Assembly: GCF_001194135.2 (NCBI RefSeq)
Contig: NC_068991.1
Location: 13,894,810 to 13,930,433 of the forward strand
Reading direction: 5' to 3'
DNA from: Octopus bimaculoides
Lineage: Eukaryota
DNA length: 35,624 nt
Part shown: piece by piece, positions 11,620-21,594 of the stretch
Numbering within the stretch: position 1 is the stretch's first letter
Layout of the letters: the number at the start of each line of letters is the position of its first letter
The notes under the pieces: generated by a model
Told to the model about the DNA's origin: nothing
Databases searched by the model: none
The model's input: the letters and a program-made list of their open reading frames with translations, nothing else
Translations under genes and position numbers: made by a program

Positions 11620-12290
11620 GAGTATTCCACGCACACGCATGTACTTTTACGAACGAATGAAACTTTGCATGGTCTCTCTACCTGCTAGAAACAGCAGCTA
11701 AGTCTCCCTTAAATTTTGCCATATGATCTGCAGAAAAAATGAATATGCTAAAAAATGTAGTTTTTAATCAATTATAGTCGTGAAGGACATTTCTCGAACG
11801 TCCTGTGATCATGGGTTTGATCATAGTAATTCTCGCACACTTGTACATTTTACATATGAATAACACTGAGCATAGTCTCTCGATCTGCTAAGAACAGTGG
11901 CTAAGTCTCCCTTAAAGTTTATCAGATATTCTCAAAAAAATATAAAAATAAAATGGAATACATTGGAAAATGAATATATTAAAATGAATATATTAAAAAA
12001 TGTAGTTTCTAATCGATTATAGTCGTGAAGGGCATTTCTGGAACATCCTTTGATCATAGATTTGATCATAGTAATTCTTGCACACTTGTACATTTTACCA
12101 ATGAATAACATTGAGCATAGTCTCTCGATCTGCAAAGAACAGTGGCTAAGTCTACCTTAAAGTTTATCAGATATTCTTTGAAAAATATGAAAATAAACTG
12201 GAATATATTGGAAAATGTAGTTCCTGATAAATTATATAGACGTGAAGGTCATTTCTTGAATGCTCTTTGGGCATAAGTTTGTGTTATGTC
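11620..12290 (+). repeat. Tandem array (~3 units, period ~215-245 bp) of family-D repeat
   Basis: TGTAGTT recurs at 11756, 12001 and 12216; CTGC..GAA(A)CAG..GCTAAGTCT(C/A)CCTTAAA recurs at 11682, 11885 and 12130. Units 2 and 3 are roughly 90% identical by eye. Confidence 0.92.
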
Positions 12291-12344
12291 TCAAGCTACT
12301 GCTATCTAGCACTTTCGGATGATCTCTACTCAACCGCTATATAA

Positions 12345-12490
12345 CTGCTACTCGACTGCTACTCAGTAAACATACCACGGCCAGACTACCTCTATTTATA
12401 TGTCTTAGGAGATCCTACTTCTTCGCCTGGGGGCGTCGACACAACAGTTTGTTTAATTGGGGCTGACCTAGGGCTAAACTTCTACTACAA
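12345..12490 (+). repeat. Possible further degenerate family-D copy and 3' tail
   Basis: ACTCGACTGCTA resembles the family-D (G)CTCGA..TGCTA motif. GGGGCTGACCTAGGGCTAAAC(TTCTACTAC) resembles the tail GGAGCTAAGCAACAA at ~22171; part of this rests on my recollection of the family consensus. Confidence 0.4.
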
Positions 12491-13167
12491 GGTAATACCT
12501 ACGCCGAATCAGAAAATGGAATCGGCTACGTTGCTCAGTGACAGATACAATCCATCATGGGTAATAGTGTCAGTAGCTGACAATTCTGTAGATATATGTA
12601 CTGTTACCAAAACCAGGCGGAACCAATGTGACAATAATAGGTCCATTTAATTTGAATAACAGTTTCCTGTTCCTTCTTCGTGTATCTTACTCCACGTATG
12701 TTTGTGTTTGTGTGTACGCGCCTATGTATACGTGTACATAAAACCGATAATTCAAACCGATAATTTCAGACAAGGCGATTCGTCAGTCATAATTTGTCGG
12801 AGTAAATGAAGATCACAGAGACGATAGATAGAATTGTGGGTGGCTTACGATAAATATCAGTTCTGTTTGAATTGGGTGAAGTCATCTACACAAAAGCACA
12901 CACAAACAAATAGATTATAGCTTCTAAATGCGTTTATACAGAACTACAATTATTCCAAACAATAGCATCGAGCTTACCTTTACGAATAGATTCAAACAGC
13001 AGTGTATATTTAGTTTAAGAGATATGACAAATATATCGCATTAAATCTCGAAAGTGTAGGAGAATGGAGTTGAAAATCCGATGTGACTATTTGCTGTGGA
13101 ACAATTTTCTGTCGGTCAGGAAGTGATTGCTTTTTAGAAACCAAATGGTTGATGAGGCTATTAAAAT

Positions 13168-13210
13168 GAATAAATCCTGGGGTCGATTTGCTCGACTAAA
13201 GGCGGTGCTC
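13168..13210 (+). mobile_element. SINE family C fragment (3' region)
   Basis: GAATAAATCCTGGGGTCGATTTGCTCGACTAAAGGCGGTGCTC is near-identical to the reverse complement of 22965-23008. Confidence 0.9.
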
Positions 13211-13298
13211 TTTACGACGTTGGCATACAATTCACGACGCTGGCACACACCGACGTGACAGCAGCAGCGAAAAAAAAAACACGTCCACACAGTAGTGA

Positions 13299-13337
13299 GG
13301 TTAGCAAGCTACTTACCACACAGCCACTACTGCACCT
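13299..13337 (-). mobile_element. SINE family C fragment (5' head)
   Basis: GGTTAGCAAGCTACTTACCACACAGCCACTACTGCACCT matches 23287-23325. Confidence 0.88.
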
Positions 13338-13834
13338 GGAAAGTTTTTTTAATTGGGTTACGGAAATATCTTTAATTGAGTTACGTAAACAGCACTGTAT
13401 AAGAGTCGCACGCATGCTTTATATTGAAAATATTTACTGGGGCAATATTTTTAACGTCAAAAATACAGAAGGTGTGTGAGCATGTGTTCTCTTTCCTCGC
13501 TCGTGTTTGCATGCTTTTGATGTGCGTGCGTGCGTATGCATGTCCGCATCTGTGTGTGTGTGTGTGTGCGTGTGTATGCGTGTGTGGCTGTGTTCGAGAG
13601 AGATTTTATCTGAAATTCAGTACTTTTTAATTTAACTTATATTATTGCATTTTGCATCATTCGTTCATCTATTATTGAAAAAGATGAGGCTATTAAAATG
13701 TGTTCTCTATCTAATAATTGCGAATATATTTCGAAATCCCACCGACGTCCTCATTTATTTTCATCCATTTTGGATCCATAAAATATTGCATATAAACTAT
13801 ATGACTACACACGCTCAATCGCGCACGCACACAT

Positions 13835-13936
13835 ATATATAAATACTCATATATATGTATATAGATATATATACATACATACATACATATATATATGCAT
13901 ATTATATATGTCTATATATATATATATATATAATGA

Positions 13937-14007
<71 letters not shown>

Positions 14008-14013
14008 CATAAA

Positions 14014-14056
<43 letters not shown>

Positions 14057-14060
14057 CACA
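13835..14060. repeat. Compound (AT)n/(CATA)n microsatellite
   Basis: Long AT runs with interruptions. Confidence 0.95.
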
Positions 14061-14289
14061 CACAAGAAAGTCTTACAGCGTATTTAATAAAATTATATAT
14101 GTATATTTATGTACAATAAATTATTGAAGCTTAAATTCAAAAGCTAAATATTTCGGCATCAATATATCCTCTTTCCAAACTCCAATGAACAATAACAAAT
14201 GCATCAATATAAGCCAGCAGATATCTCACATCGGCCATTTTGAAAATTAATTTATCGGCTTGCAGATTGAGTAGAGCTTCAGTGAAAAT

Positions 14290-14430
14290 ATGCTGCAGTA
14301 TTCAGTTGTATCCCTTTTAATTCCCTTCTCCTTTCTCTCTAAATCTTGTCAAAGTTATCATTGCCTTTCATGATGGTGGGGTCGATGAAATAAAGTACAA
14401 AATCAAATATTTTGAATAGATTCTCTCAAC
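14290..14430 (+). mobile_element. SINE family B, highly degenerate
   Basis: TTGCCTTTCATGATGGTGGGGTCGATGAAATAAAGTAC (14361-14398) matches the family-B core. Confidence 0.55.
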
Positions 14431-15261
14431 TGTACTAAATTGTGCTAACATCTGCTTGCCTATACAAAAAATCAATATTTCTTGCTGATGGTGACAAAAC
14501 AAAATTCTATCTATTTAAAACTGAAGTTCTGTTTCGAGTCTTAATGAGAGCAATTTCAAGCAAGTAGTACTATAGTCACCCATAAGAAAGCCACACCCAT
14601 TTACCGCCTTGGGAAATGTCTAATTATCTCAAATATCGATGGTTAGTCGTTAGAAAGGTTGGTACTCGTAAAATCATTAGATGGTTATTGTGAAAGTGTG
14701 TACCTGAAGAAATGAGAGTGTGGAGGTTTGGAGGGAATAAAGATGGCGAAGAAGAACGTTGGGTGGTGATAGTAAGGTTGAAGGAGTTATTTATATGTTT
14801 TAGTTTACAAACAAAAGCATATAGGGATGAAAACAGATTTACTGCAGGCGTGCAGCTGTGACTCATTTGAGAAAGAGAGAAAAATTCCTGGAGGTTGAAT
14901 TCAAAGATGAAATGAAAAAAATCTTTTAATTGATACAATGTCGAAGAAATTCATTGAAAGAACCCTGAGAGTGGTAAAATTCTCTTAGGAGAGGGTACAA
15001 CCCAAGAATAATATAAGTGCGAGGAGGTGAACTGCCAAACGTTGTCGAACTTGCGATGCAAGGAGTGTAGTATATTGAACGGAATAATTATCTTGCATTT
15101 CGATTTTTATCCTATGACCTTCCAGGTGGGTTCGCAGACACAAACACACTATATGCGTGTGTGTGTGAGTGTATGTATGTGTGTGTGATTGTATGTATGC
15201 ATGTATGTATGTATTCTAGTGTGTCTGTTTGACTGTCTGTATTTGTCCCCACTTTCTGTAC

Positions 15262-15520
15262 CTATACCTTAGAGCCATCATGGCACCTGAAGTGGATTTT
15301 TAAACCAGACAATATTCTGAAAAGACACCCGCATAGATTGCATATCCGATTTGGACCACCGAGAGCTTCAGATAAGTTCTGATATTTGTGGATCTTATAA
15401 TGTCTTTTCAAGCCTCTGTTAGATTTGAAAACCTTCTGGTATACGTTGCATTGGAAGGTGTGCGCAGACATCTAGGCAGAATGGATGGTGGCGGTTCGTT
15501 TTCCATGCGTTCCACACTGT
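15262..15520 (-). mobile_element. Two degenerate C2H2 zinc fingers; probable 3' end of an RTE-type LINE ORF (alternatively a ZNF pseudogene fragment)
   Basis: FQCNVYQKVFKSNRGLKRHYKIH (second Cys lost) and ICNLCGCLFRILSGLKIHFRCH, separated by a non-TGEKP linker of about 14 aa. In-frame stop immediately upstream of the ORF and stop shortly after finger 2. Confidence 0.55.
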
Positions 15521-15577
15521 ATCACTGATAATATCATCGAATACCTCATTGATCGTGGCCACCAACTCGAACTTGGT

Positions 15578-15680
15578 GTTACGGGTTCAAATTCACCCGA
15601 GATCGCCTTTGCTTTTCATTCATTATGCATCGATAAAATATTTACTAGTTGAGCAATTGGGGCCCAGAGAATCGAACTAG
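15578..15680 (+). mobile_element. SINE family B, degenerate (B-box and core)
   Basis: GGGTTCAAATTCACCCGAGATCGCCTTTGCTTTTCATTC..TCGATAAAATATTTACTAGTTGAGCAATTGGGG aligns with 5619-5700. Confidence 0.65.
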
Positions 15681-16595
15681 TACCATAAACCTGAGGTTCA
15701 GATTTTATGCCTATAGGAGAAATATTCATTAAAGACTTAAGATTATTGGATACCTTAATTTGCACAGGCAACGTATTTTCGTAGCTAGGGTGTTGAGAGC
15801 TTTCGCTTCAATGTGTTGTAAAGTTATGCGTGGATAGAAATTTGGTCAATGGTGAGGTGCAAACATCTTTACTATAAATACACAGAGACACACATAACAA
15901 ACTTCGCTCAGTTTCAATCTTCCAAATTCAACTCACGACAACAGGAAAGGCAACAATAAATCGTGCCGTGAGAATTTATTCTAGCCAGACGATTCCGATT
16001 AAAGCCTCTTTTTTCGAAAATCAAATAACTGTCGATATACGTTAGAACTTAAAAAAAAAAATTAGAAGGCACATATACGCACATATGTGGTATCCATTGA
16101 CCTTTGATATCACACGTTAGTAACAAAATGGAGAAGAAATAACAAGCCGAATTGAGATTCCAGATAAAATATGTTAGAGACTATACTAAAACAATGGAGT
16201 ATTGATAATATATTCACCCTTTAATAAATGCAGTCGATGCCGTTTTCTTTGGTATTTGGCTTGTAACATTATAGATTTCAGTCAATTCATGCTAACGGAA
16301 TATAAATATATGTGCGTATATCTGTTGTGTGTGGGCTGTGTTCATGTGTGTGTTTTATGATTGGATGTTCAATTTTGTAGCCAAAAATCCGGAATTAAAT
16401 AACACACTTTATCCAAAAGACATACATTTTTTCATATGTACACGTATAAAAGGTTTCTCTCTGTCTCTTTGTCTCATCTCTCCTATTTTCTCTTCTCCTC
16501 TCTCTCTTTCTCCATCTTTCTATCTTTATATATGTGTGTGTGTGTGTGTGTCTGCGTAGGCGCATGAGCATGCATTTGCCTGTGATATTGATCAT

Positions 16596-16661
16596 GACGA
16601 CGACGACGACGACGACGACGATGTGATGATGATTATGATAATTATTATTATTATCATTATT

Positions 16662-16700
<39 letters not shown>
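16596..16700. repeat. Compound (GAC)n-(GAT)n-(ATT)n-(GTT)n microsatellite
   Basis: Consecutive trinucleotide blocks. Confidence 0.95.
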
Positions 16701-17074
16701 ACTGAGTGAGAGAGCAGTGTATGACATCAAAGTGACACTGGGATAAAATATACGAATTTCAGTATACCCAACATGACTATCCGTCTGATAAGGGTACACC
16801 AGGCACATGCATCCCAACGATATGTGCGCGACATAGTGACCTCATATGAAGATAAACAGCACATGACCTTGCAGGTGGGGTCCAGTAAGAATTTTCGTCA
16901 GGTTGAGTAGCCCATCTCGCTGAAAATGTTCTTGAATAAGGTTTGTTTTGAGGATGATGAACAAAAATCCCAAAGAATCTTCTCAACACATGGCTACGAT
17001 GCTCCCCCACTACATCTACTTGTGATCAGAGATGCATATATTTTCAGACACAACTGGTTAAGGTGAAGCAACTG

Positions 17075-17526
17075 ACAAGAAAAGTTTTGCTTTAGATGTA
17101 TGTATTCGTTTTAATTGCATGAAACGGGTTTATTTCTCTAACATTTTATGTTGGGGTGCTGAAAAGTTCCAGGTTTTGCGTAAAAGAAAATAGAGAAGGG
17201 TTAGTTAATTATGATTTTATTCAACATGTTCTCCTCTCAGATTCACACACTTATTGCAGCAGTCCTTCAGTTTTTCTAAGCCCTTTAAAAGAACTTGGAA
17301 GGTTGTGCATCCAACCAGGCCTTTCGCGACACACTTAAAACCAGGAACTCTTAAGCCCCCTTTCGTATATAGTTCAACCTACGCCAGTTAATGTGTGGAA
17401 AACAAAATAGGAATTTTGAAAGAAGTTCCTATAAAATTTGTTTGTAAATATCAAATTGTTATGGGGGTCCACCAGAATTAAATACTAATCAAAGTGGCAC
17501 ATGAATAAAAACCGGTTGAGAACCCT
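17075..17526. mobile_element. Probable hAT-like MITE remnant interrupted by the mariner MITE
   Basis: Right end GGTTGAGAACC (17514-17524; reverse complement of the hAT-type terminus GGTTCTCAACC), preceded by a subterminal GGGGTCCA. The left terminus is not recognisable, and the extent partly rests on recollection of the family. Confidence 0.4.
17147..17367. mobile_element. Mariner-derived MITE with TA target-site duplication
   Basis: Left TATGTTGGGGTGCTGAAAAGTTCCAGGTTTT versus reverse complement of right end TACGAAAGGGGGCTTAAGAGTTCCTGGTTTT (23/31 match); TA at both ends. Confidence 0.85.
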
Positions 17527-17554
17527 TATATTTTTGACGGTTTGCATTCAAGCC

Positions 17555-17615
17555 AACGGCAGGCCGGGATTTAAGGGTAATGTGGCTGTTGTTTCTAATA
17601 GGATGAGCGACCATG
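17555..17615 (-). repeat. Family-D fragment
   Basis: Reverse complement CATGGTCGCTCATCCTATTAGAAACAACAGCCACATTACCCTT resembles CATGGTCTCTCTACCTGCTAGAAACAGCAGCTAAGTCTCCCTT at 11668-11710. Confidence 0.7.
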
Positions 17616-17627
17616 TTGAGGATCTAC

Positions 17628-17865
17628 CTTGTTCGAAATACTTCTGTTGTGTAAAAAGGAGCTTGTGTGATGTTCATGGATTGGTGAATAACATTAGAAA
17701 AAGGTGTAGCTGGAGTTTTAAACTGCTTGAGTGCAATGCCTACTCCTCCTGTAACTCCGTCTCTACCTGTTAAGAGTTTCTGGATAAATGGGACAATGCC
17801 GTTCAGTACAACTTTCACAAGTATTGATTTCTTTTGATGATTTTTAAAATAAATATCGATTTCTG
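17628..17865 (-). CDS. Candidate internal coding exon of an unidentified host gene (238 bp, phase 1 to 2)
   Basis: Acceptor TTTCTTTGAAG|CAG (NAGNAG), donor AAG|GTAGAT, and a stop-free frame EIDIYFKNHQKKSILVKVVLNGIVPFIQKLLTGRDGVTGGVGIALKQFKTPATPFSNVIHQSMNITQAPFYTTEVFRT with non-repetitive, protein-like composition. No family recognised. Confidence 0.35.
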
Positions 17866-17892
17866 CTTCAAAGAAACGCACACAAAAACATG

Positions 17893-17960
<68 letters not shown>
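17893..17960. repeat. (AC)n microsatellite
   Basis: AC run. Confidence 0.95.
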
Positions 17961-17961
<1 letters not shown>

Positions 17962-18139
17962 TTTCTTCTGTCTTCTGTAGAAGATGCTGCATTTACTATA
18001 CTACTTATTATAGAACCCAATGCATAAGCTGTTATGTAGACACTCGACAGGCTAGAAATAGCAACCAAATCACTCGCCCATAACAGTTCCTATTGTCTTA
18101 AAACAACACTAAATACATAAATGAATAAATGGAAAAGCT

Positions 18140-18240
18140 CTGTTGTAACTATGTGGTCTGTGGTTCTCTCCCACACTGGGGCACCTTGGGAAAGTGTCTT
18201 CTGCTATAAATCCGAATTTGGAGCCCGTCATCTATCTATC

Positions 18241-18298
<58 letters not shown>

Positions 18299-18309
18299 CC
18301 TATCTATCC

Positions 18310-18347
<38 letters not shown>

Positions 18348-18428
18348 ACACACACATATATATAAATAAATAATTAGAAAATGGCCGTTGTCCCAGAATG
18401 GTTGCAGTCCAAAGATGAAAAGCAAAAG
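18140..18428 (+). mobile_element. SINE family C, degenerate, with an internal (TCTA)n(CA)n block
   Basis: GGCACCTTGGGAAAGTGTCTTCTGCTATA..GAGCCCGTC, then the microsatellite, then GTTGTCCCAGAATGGTTGCAGTCCAAAGATGAAAAGCAAAAG (tail). Confidence 0.7.
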
Positions 18429-18511
18429 ACTTGATGGTCACTGCTGGAATGTCTTTGATCATGACTTTTATAGCGAAGGAACTATTGGGATGGAACAGTT
18501 AAAACAACAAA

Positions 18512-18562
<51 letters not shown>

Positions 18563-18576
18563 CGCTACTACTACCG

Positions 18577-18622
<46 letters not shown>
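18512..18622. repeat. (CTA)n microsatellite
   Basis: Long CTA run with two CCG interruptions. Confidence 0.97.
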
Positions 18623-19382
18623 ACGTCAATGAGGAAGTTTCTATGCGATTGCTTGACCTGCACAAAATAACAGCCAAACTCCTAACAAACCACTCTTTGC
18701 TATCTTAATTAAGAGCGACTTGCCTTTAAATATGAAATGACAATGTAACGCTGGATATACAAAATTAATGTGATGGTCATGGGTGGAACGTTTTCGAACA
18801 TGGTGAATTGAAGATCAAGATTACACTTGTGGAAAATGACAATAATATCAACAACTACGTACCTAGTCATTCGATTTGCTAGAAACAGTAGCCAGCTATT
18901 CTCCATATTATAACCGACCGACTTTTAAAAAGAAAGTGGCACTCATTTGATAATATTTGAAATAATGACATGGTGGTCATGGGTGGGACGCCTTTGCAGT
19001 AGGTCTGCCCAATAAAGTCCACAAAACAATAATAGCAAAATGTTTTACTTTTCATTCTACTCCTCCTCCCTCCTCCTTCACCGACGACTACGAAATCAAC
19101 GTCGAAGATAACGATGCTGACGATGATGTTGATGACGATGACAACGAGAGGGTGACAATGATGACGAAAAGTCAGCGGCAATGACGTTCATGACAAAAGC
19201 GGCATGACAATGGCGTTGATGACAATGACGAAAACGGAGACAGAGATGACGACTACGACGATGACGACAGCGAATACCACAACGAAGACGATGCCGATCG
19301 CCACGACAACGATGACAGCGACCACCACCACCACTACGAGGGCGATGCCGATAACCACGACGTCTAGACGGCTATGACGTTG

Positions 19383-19490
19383 GCGACTATACCGACGTCG
19401 ACGACTACAACGACGTCCACGACTACAACGACGTCCACGACTACAACGACGTCCACGACTACAACGACGTCCACGACTACAACTACGTCG
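19383..19490. repeat. 18-bp minisatellite (ACGACTACAACGACGTCC) x6 within a GAC/GAT-rich cryptic repeat (19040-19560)
   Basis: Four perfect units at 19401-19472 plus two imperfect flanking units. Confidence 0.93.
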
Positions 19491-19884
19491 ACGACGCCGA
19501 TGACGTCACCAATGACGATGAAGACGACGTGAGGACGATAACGAGGAATGCGATGTCGACAATTCAACGAAGGCGACACACTAGGAATAGCGTGGCGCAT
19601 TCCAGATTCATTTGAATGTCAGAAAAATTAAGCGGTGATATTAAAGTCTCTCACTTCATGCTTTCAGTTCAGTTTCTGTCCTGCTCAATTGTGTTATTTC
19701 GACCAAAGAAAAGAAAATAAGTGTTTAGTAAAGAGGAAAGATGGTTTTGTATAACCAACTTTATATTCTTAAAGGCGGCGATAGCAACTGCATGGTTGCA
19801 ATTCATTGAATTAGACCAGTTACTGAACAAAGTTGCGTAAATGAATAAAATCGTAAAAAGTGACTATTTGATAAGCGCAAATGA

Positions 19885-19986
19885 AAATGAATAAATGAAT
19901 GAATGAATAAATAAATAAATAAATAAATGAAAATTATAACAACAACAACGACCACGATGATGACGACGACGATGATGATGATAAGT

Positions 19987-20043
<57 letters not shown>

Positions 20044-20075
20044 GTGATAGGGATGGTGAGAATGATGATCATGAT
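19885..20075. repeat. (AATG/AATA)n followed by (ATG)n microsatellite
   Basis: Tetranucleotide block then a long ATG run. Confidence 0.95.
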
Positions 20076-21014
20076 GGTCGAAAATGGAATTATACGAAAT
20101 ACAATATTTAAGAAGAATTATAAAAGGATAAACAGTCAATAAAGCAAAGCAAAAAGAAAAAAAAAAAGATCTAATAAAAATGGTGGAAAGCAGAAAAAAA
20201 TGTCCGTGTGTGTGTGTATGTGTGTGTTTTTTTTTCTTCAAAGAAACGCCTTTGTGTTTATCTGTTATTATTACACCACTAAACACGAACGCTTTTTGTC
20301 GTTTATTATGAAGGAACAAATATTAGACGAATCTAGAAAGCAAAGCCCCGCATTGTACTATTCAGATTATAGCGTTTCTGAATTATTGTGACATGGAAAA
20401 CACTTTTGGTTCTCAGTCGACTTTTTCTTCTTTCTTTCTAACCTTCTTTTCTCTCTCGCTCTTTTTTTCTTTTTTTTTCTTTTTCGTTATATATACAATA
20501 AATGTAAATTTCCGTGTTTTTGTAGGTTCTCCCACACAATTGTAGGATTTGTAAGTAGAAAGGAGTCTTTTAAATAAAGTGGGCAAAGAATTGTGAATAG
20601 AAGAACCATGTTAACGGAATAGATAAAAGAAGTAGGCGTAAGACGAAAGAAGATAGTGAGAAAAGAGAGACTTAAGAATAAAGAGATAGAGAGAGAAAGA
20701 TAAATGTAAGAATCGCTGAAAAAGCGTAAACATCACAATAGCATGAATAACAGCAATCTCAGCAATAACAGTCATCATAATCTTCACCATCATCATCACC
20801 ATCAATTCTTTATAAACAACAACAACGGTAATACGTTCAATGATCGTTACTAGCAACAAAATGGCGCCCGGCAGTTATTCAGAGAGGGAAAATCTGTGAT
20901 TGACGTAATCGACTACAGCTAGTCTCTCTTTTCTAAAGCGATAATTGTCACAAACACATGAAATTTTATTGACGGGCTTACATTCAATTACATTGGCACG
21001 CCCAGGATATTGGC

Positions 21015-21130
21015 CGATCGAACTTGATTGGTACTTATTTTTTATTGAACTACATGAAATAGCAAAAAAACAAAATCAACTCCGGCAGGGTTTGAACGCA
21101 GATTGTTTGACACATAACTGAATGACGCAA
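21015..21130 (-). mobile_element. SINE family B, highly degenerate
   Basis: TTGGTACTTATTTTTTATTGAAC..AAAATCAACTCCGGCAGGGTTTGAACGCAGA resembles 32021-32091. Confidence 0.5.
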
Positions 21131-21293
21131 AACTGTTCATTTTTAGTGATGATTAAAACCGATTATGATTATATTAGTGATTGGCTGGTATTCATGCTAA
21201 TGGATACCGAGATGAAAGAGAAAATCGATCATAGTGAGACATGTAGCTAAATATGGAAACGATGGTGTTCGGCTACCATCGACTTCGTATGAA

Positions 21294-21410
21294 TGTGTAG
21301 CTCATGTGTTTTCTTCGCGAAAACATGGTTCTGGGTTCATTTCAACTGTTTGCAATATTGGGTAAGTATTGTAAAATTTGGTAGGTGGAAACTGTAAAAG
21401 CACGCTGTGT
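21294..21410 (+). mobile_element. SINE family C-like 5' half, degenerate
   Basis: ACATGGTTCTGGGTTCA..TTGGGTAAGT..ATTTGGTAGGTGGAAACTG matches head and body motifs of the 22934-23325 copy. Confidence 0.55.
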
Positions 21411-21594
21411 GTGTTATCTTCGAAACGCCTAGTTTAGAATAGAGGCAGCTGATGAAGGAAAAGTTCCATAAGTGGCTCGTCTGTTTTCCTATGTGTTCAT
21501 TCTGTTGTCCGTAAAAAAAAGTCCGTTTTTGGGGGCTTTGTTTATGTTCCCGTTCCTTATTTGATTTTATAATTATTTCCAACATAAGTACAAT

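Larger units (their letters stand above)
13151..13700. repeat. 18-bp exact direct repeat GATGAGGCTATTAAAATG (13151-13168 and 13683-13700) flanking 514 bp
   Basis: Both copies read directly from the sequence. Confidence 0.95.
18035..19035 (+). repeat. Cluster of ~3 degenerate head-to-tail family-D copies
   Basis: GAC(A/C)..GCTAGAAA(T/C)AG..GCC-like motifs at ~18048, 18655 and 18873; GATGGTCA(C/T)G..TGGAA..C.TTTG motifs at ~18433, 18772 and 18973; each copy ends in an AACAAC-like tail. Confidence 0.7.

Noticed and set aside
12409-12491. Plus-strand exon candidate GDPTSSPGGVDTTVCLIGADLGLNFYYK with good splice sites
   Set aside because: Its 3' half coincides with the probable family-D tail (GGGCTGACCTAGGGCTAAAC), so it is likely repeat-derived; exonisation is not excluded.
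16763-16874. Plus-strand open segment between TTTCAG and CAG|GTGGGG
   Set aside because: 37 codons with no homology recognised and no phase-compatible neighbours.
21420-21475. CGAAAC..CTGATGA resembling a hammerhead ribozyme or Penelope-like terminus
   Set aside because: Stems I and III and the NUH site cannot be built, and stem II is not followed by GAAA.
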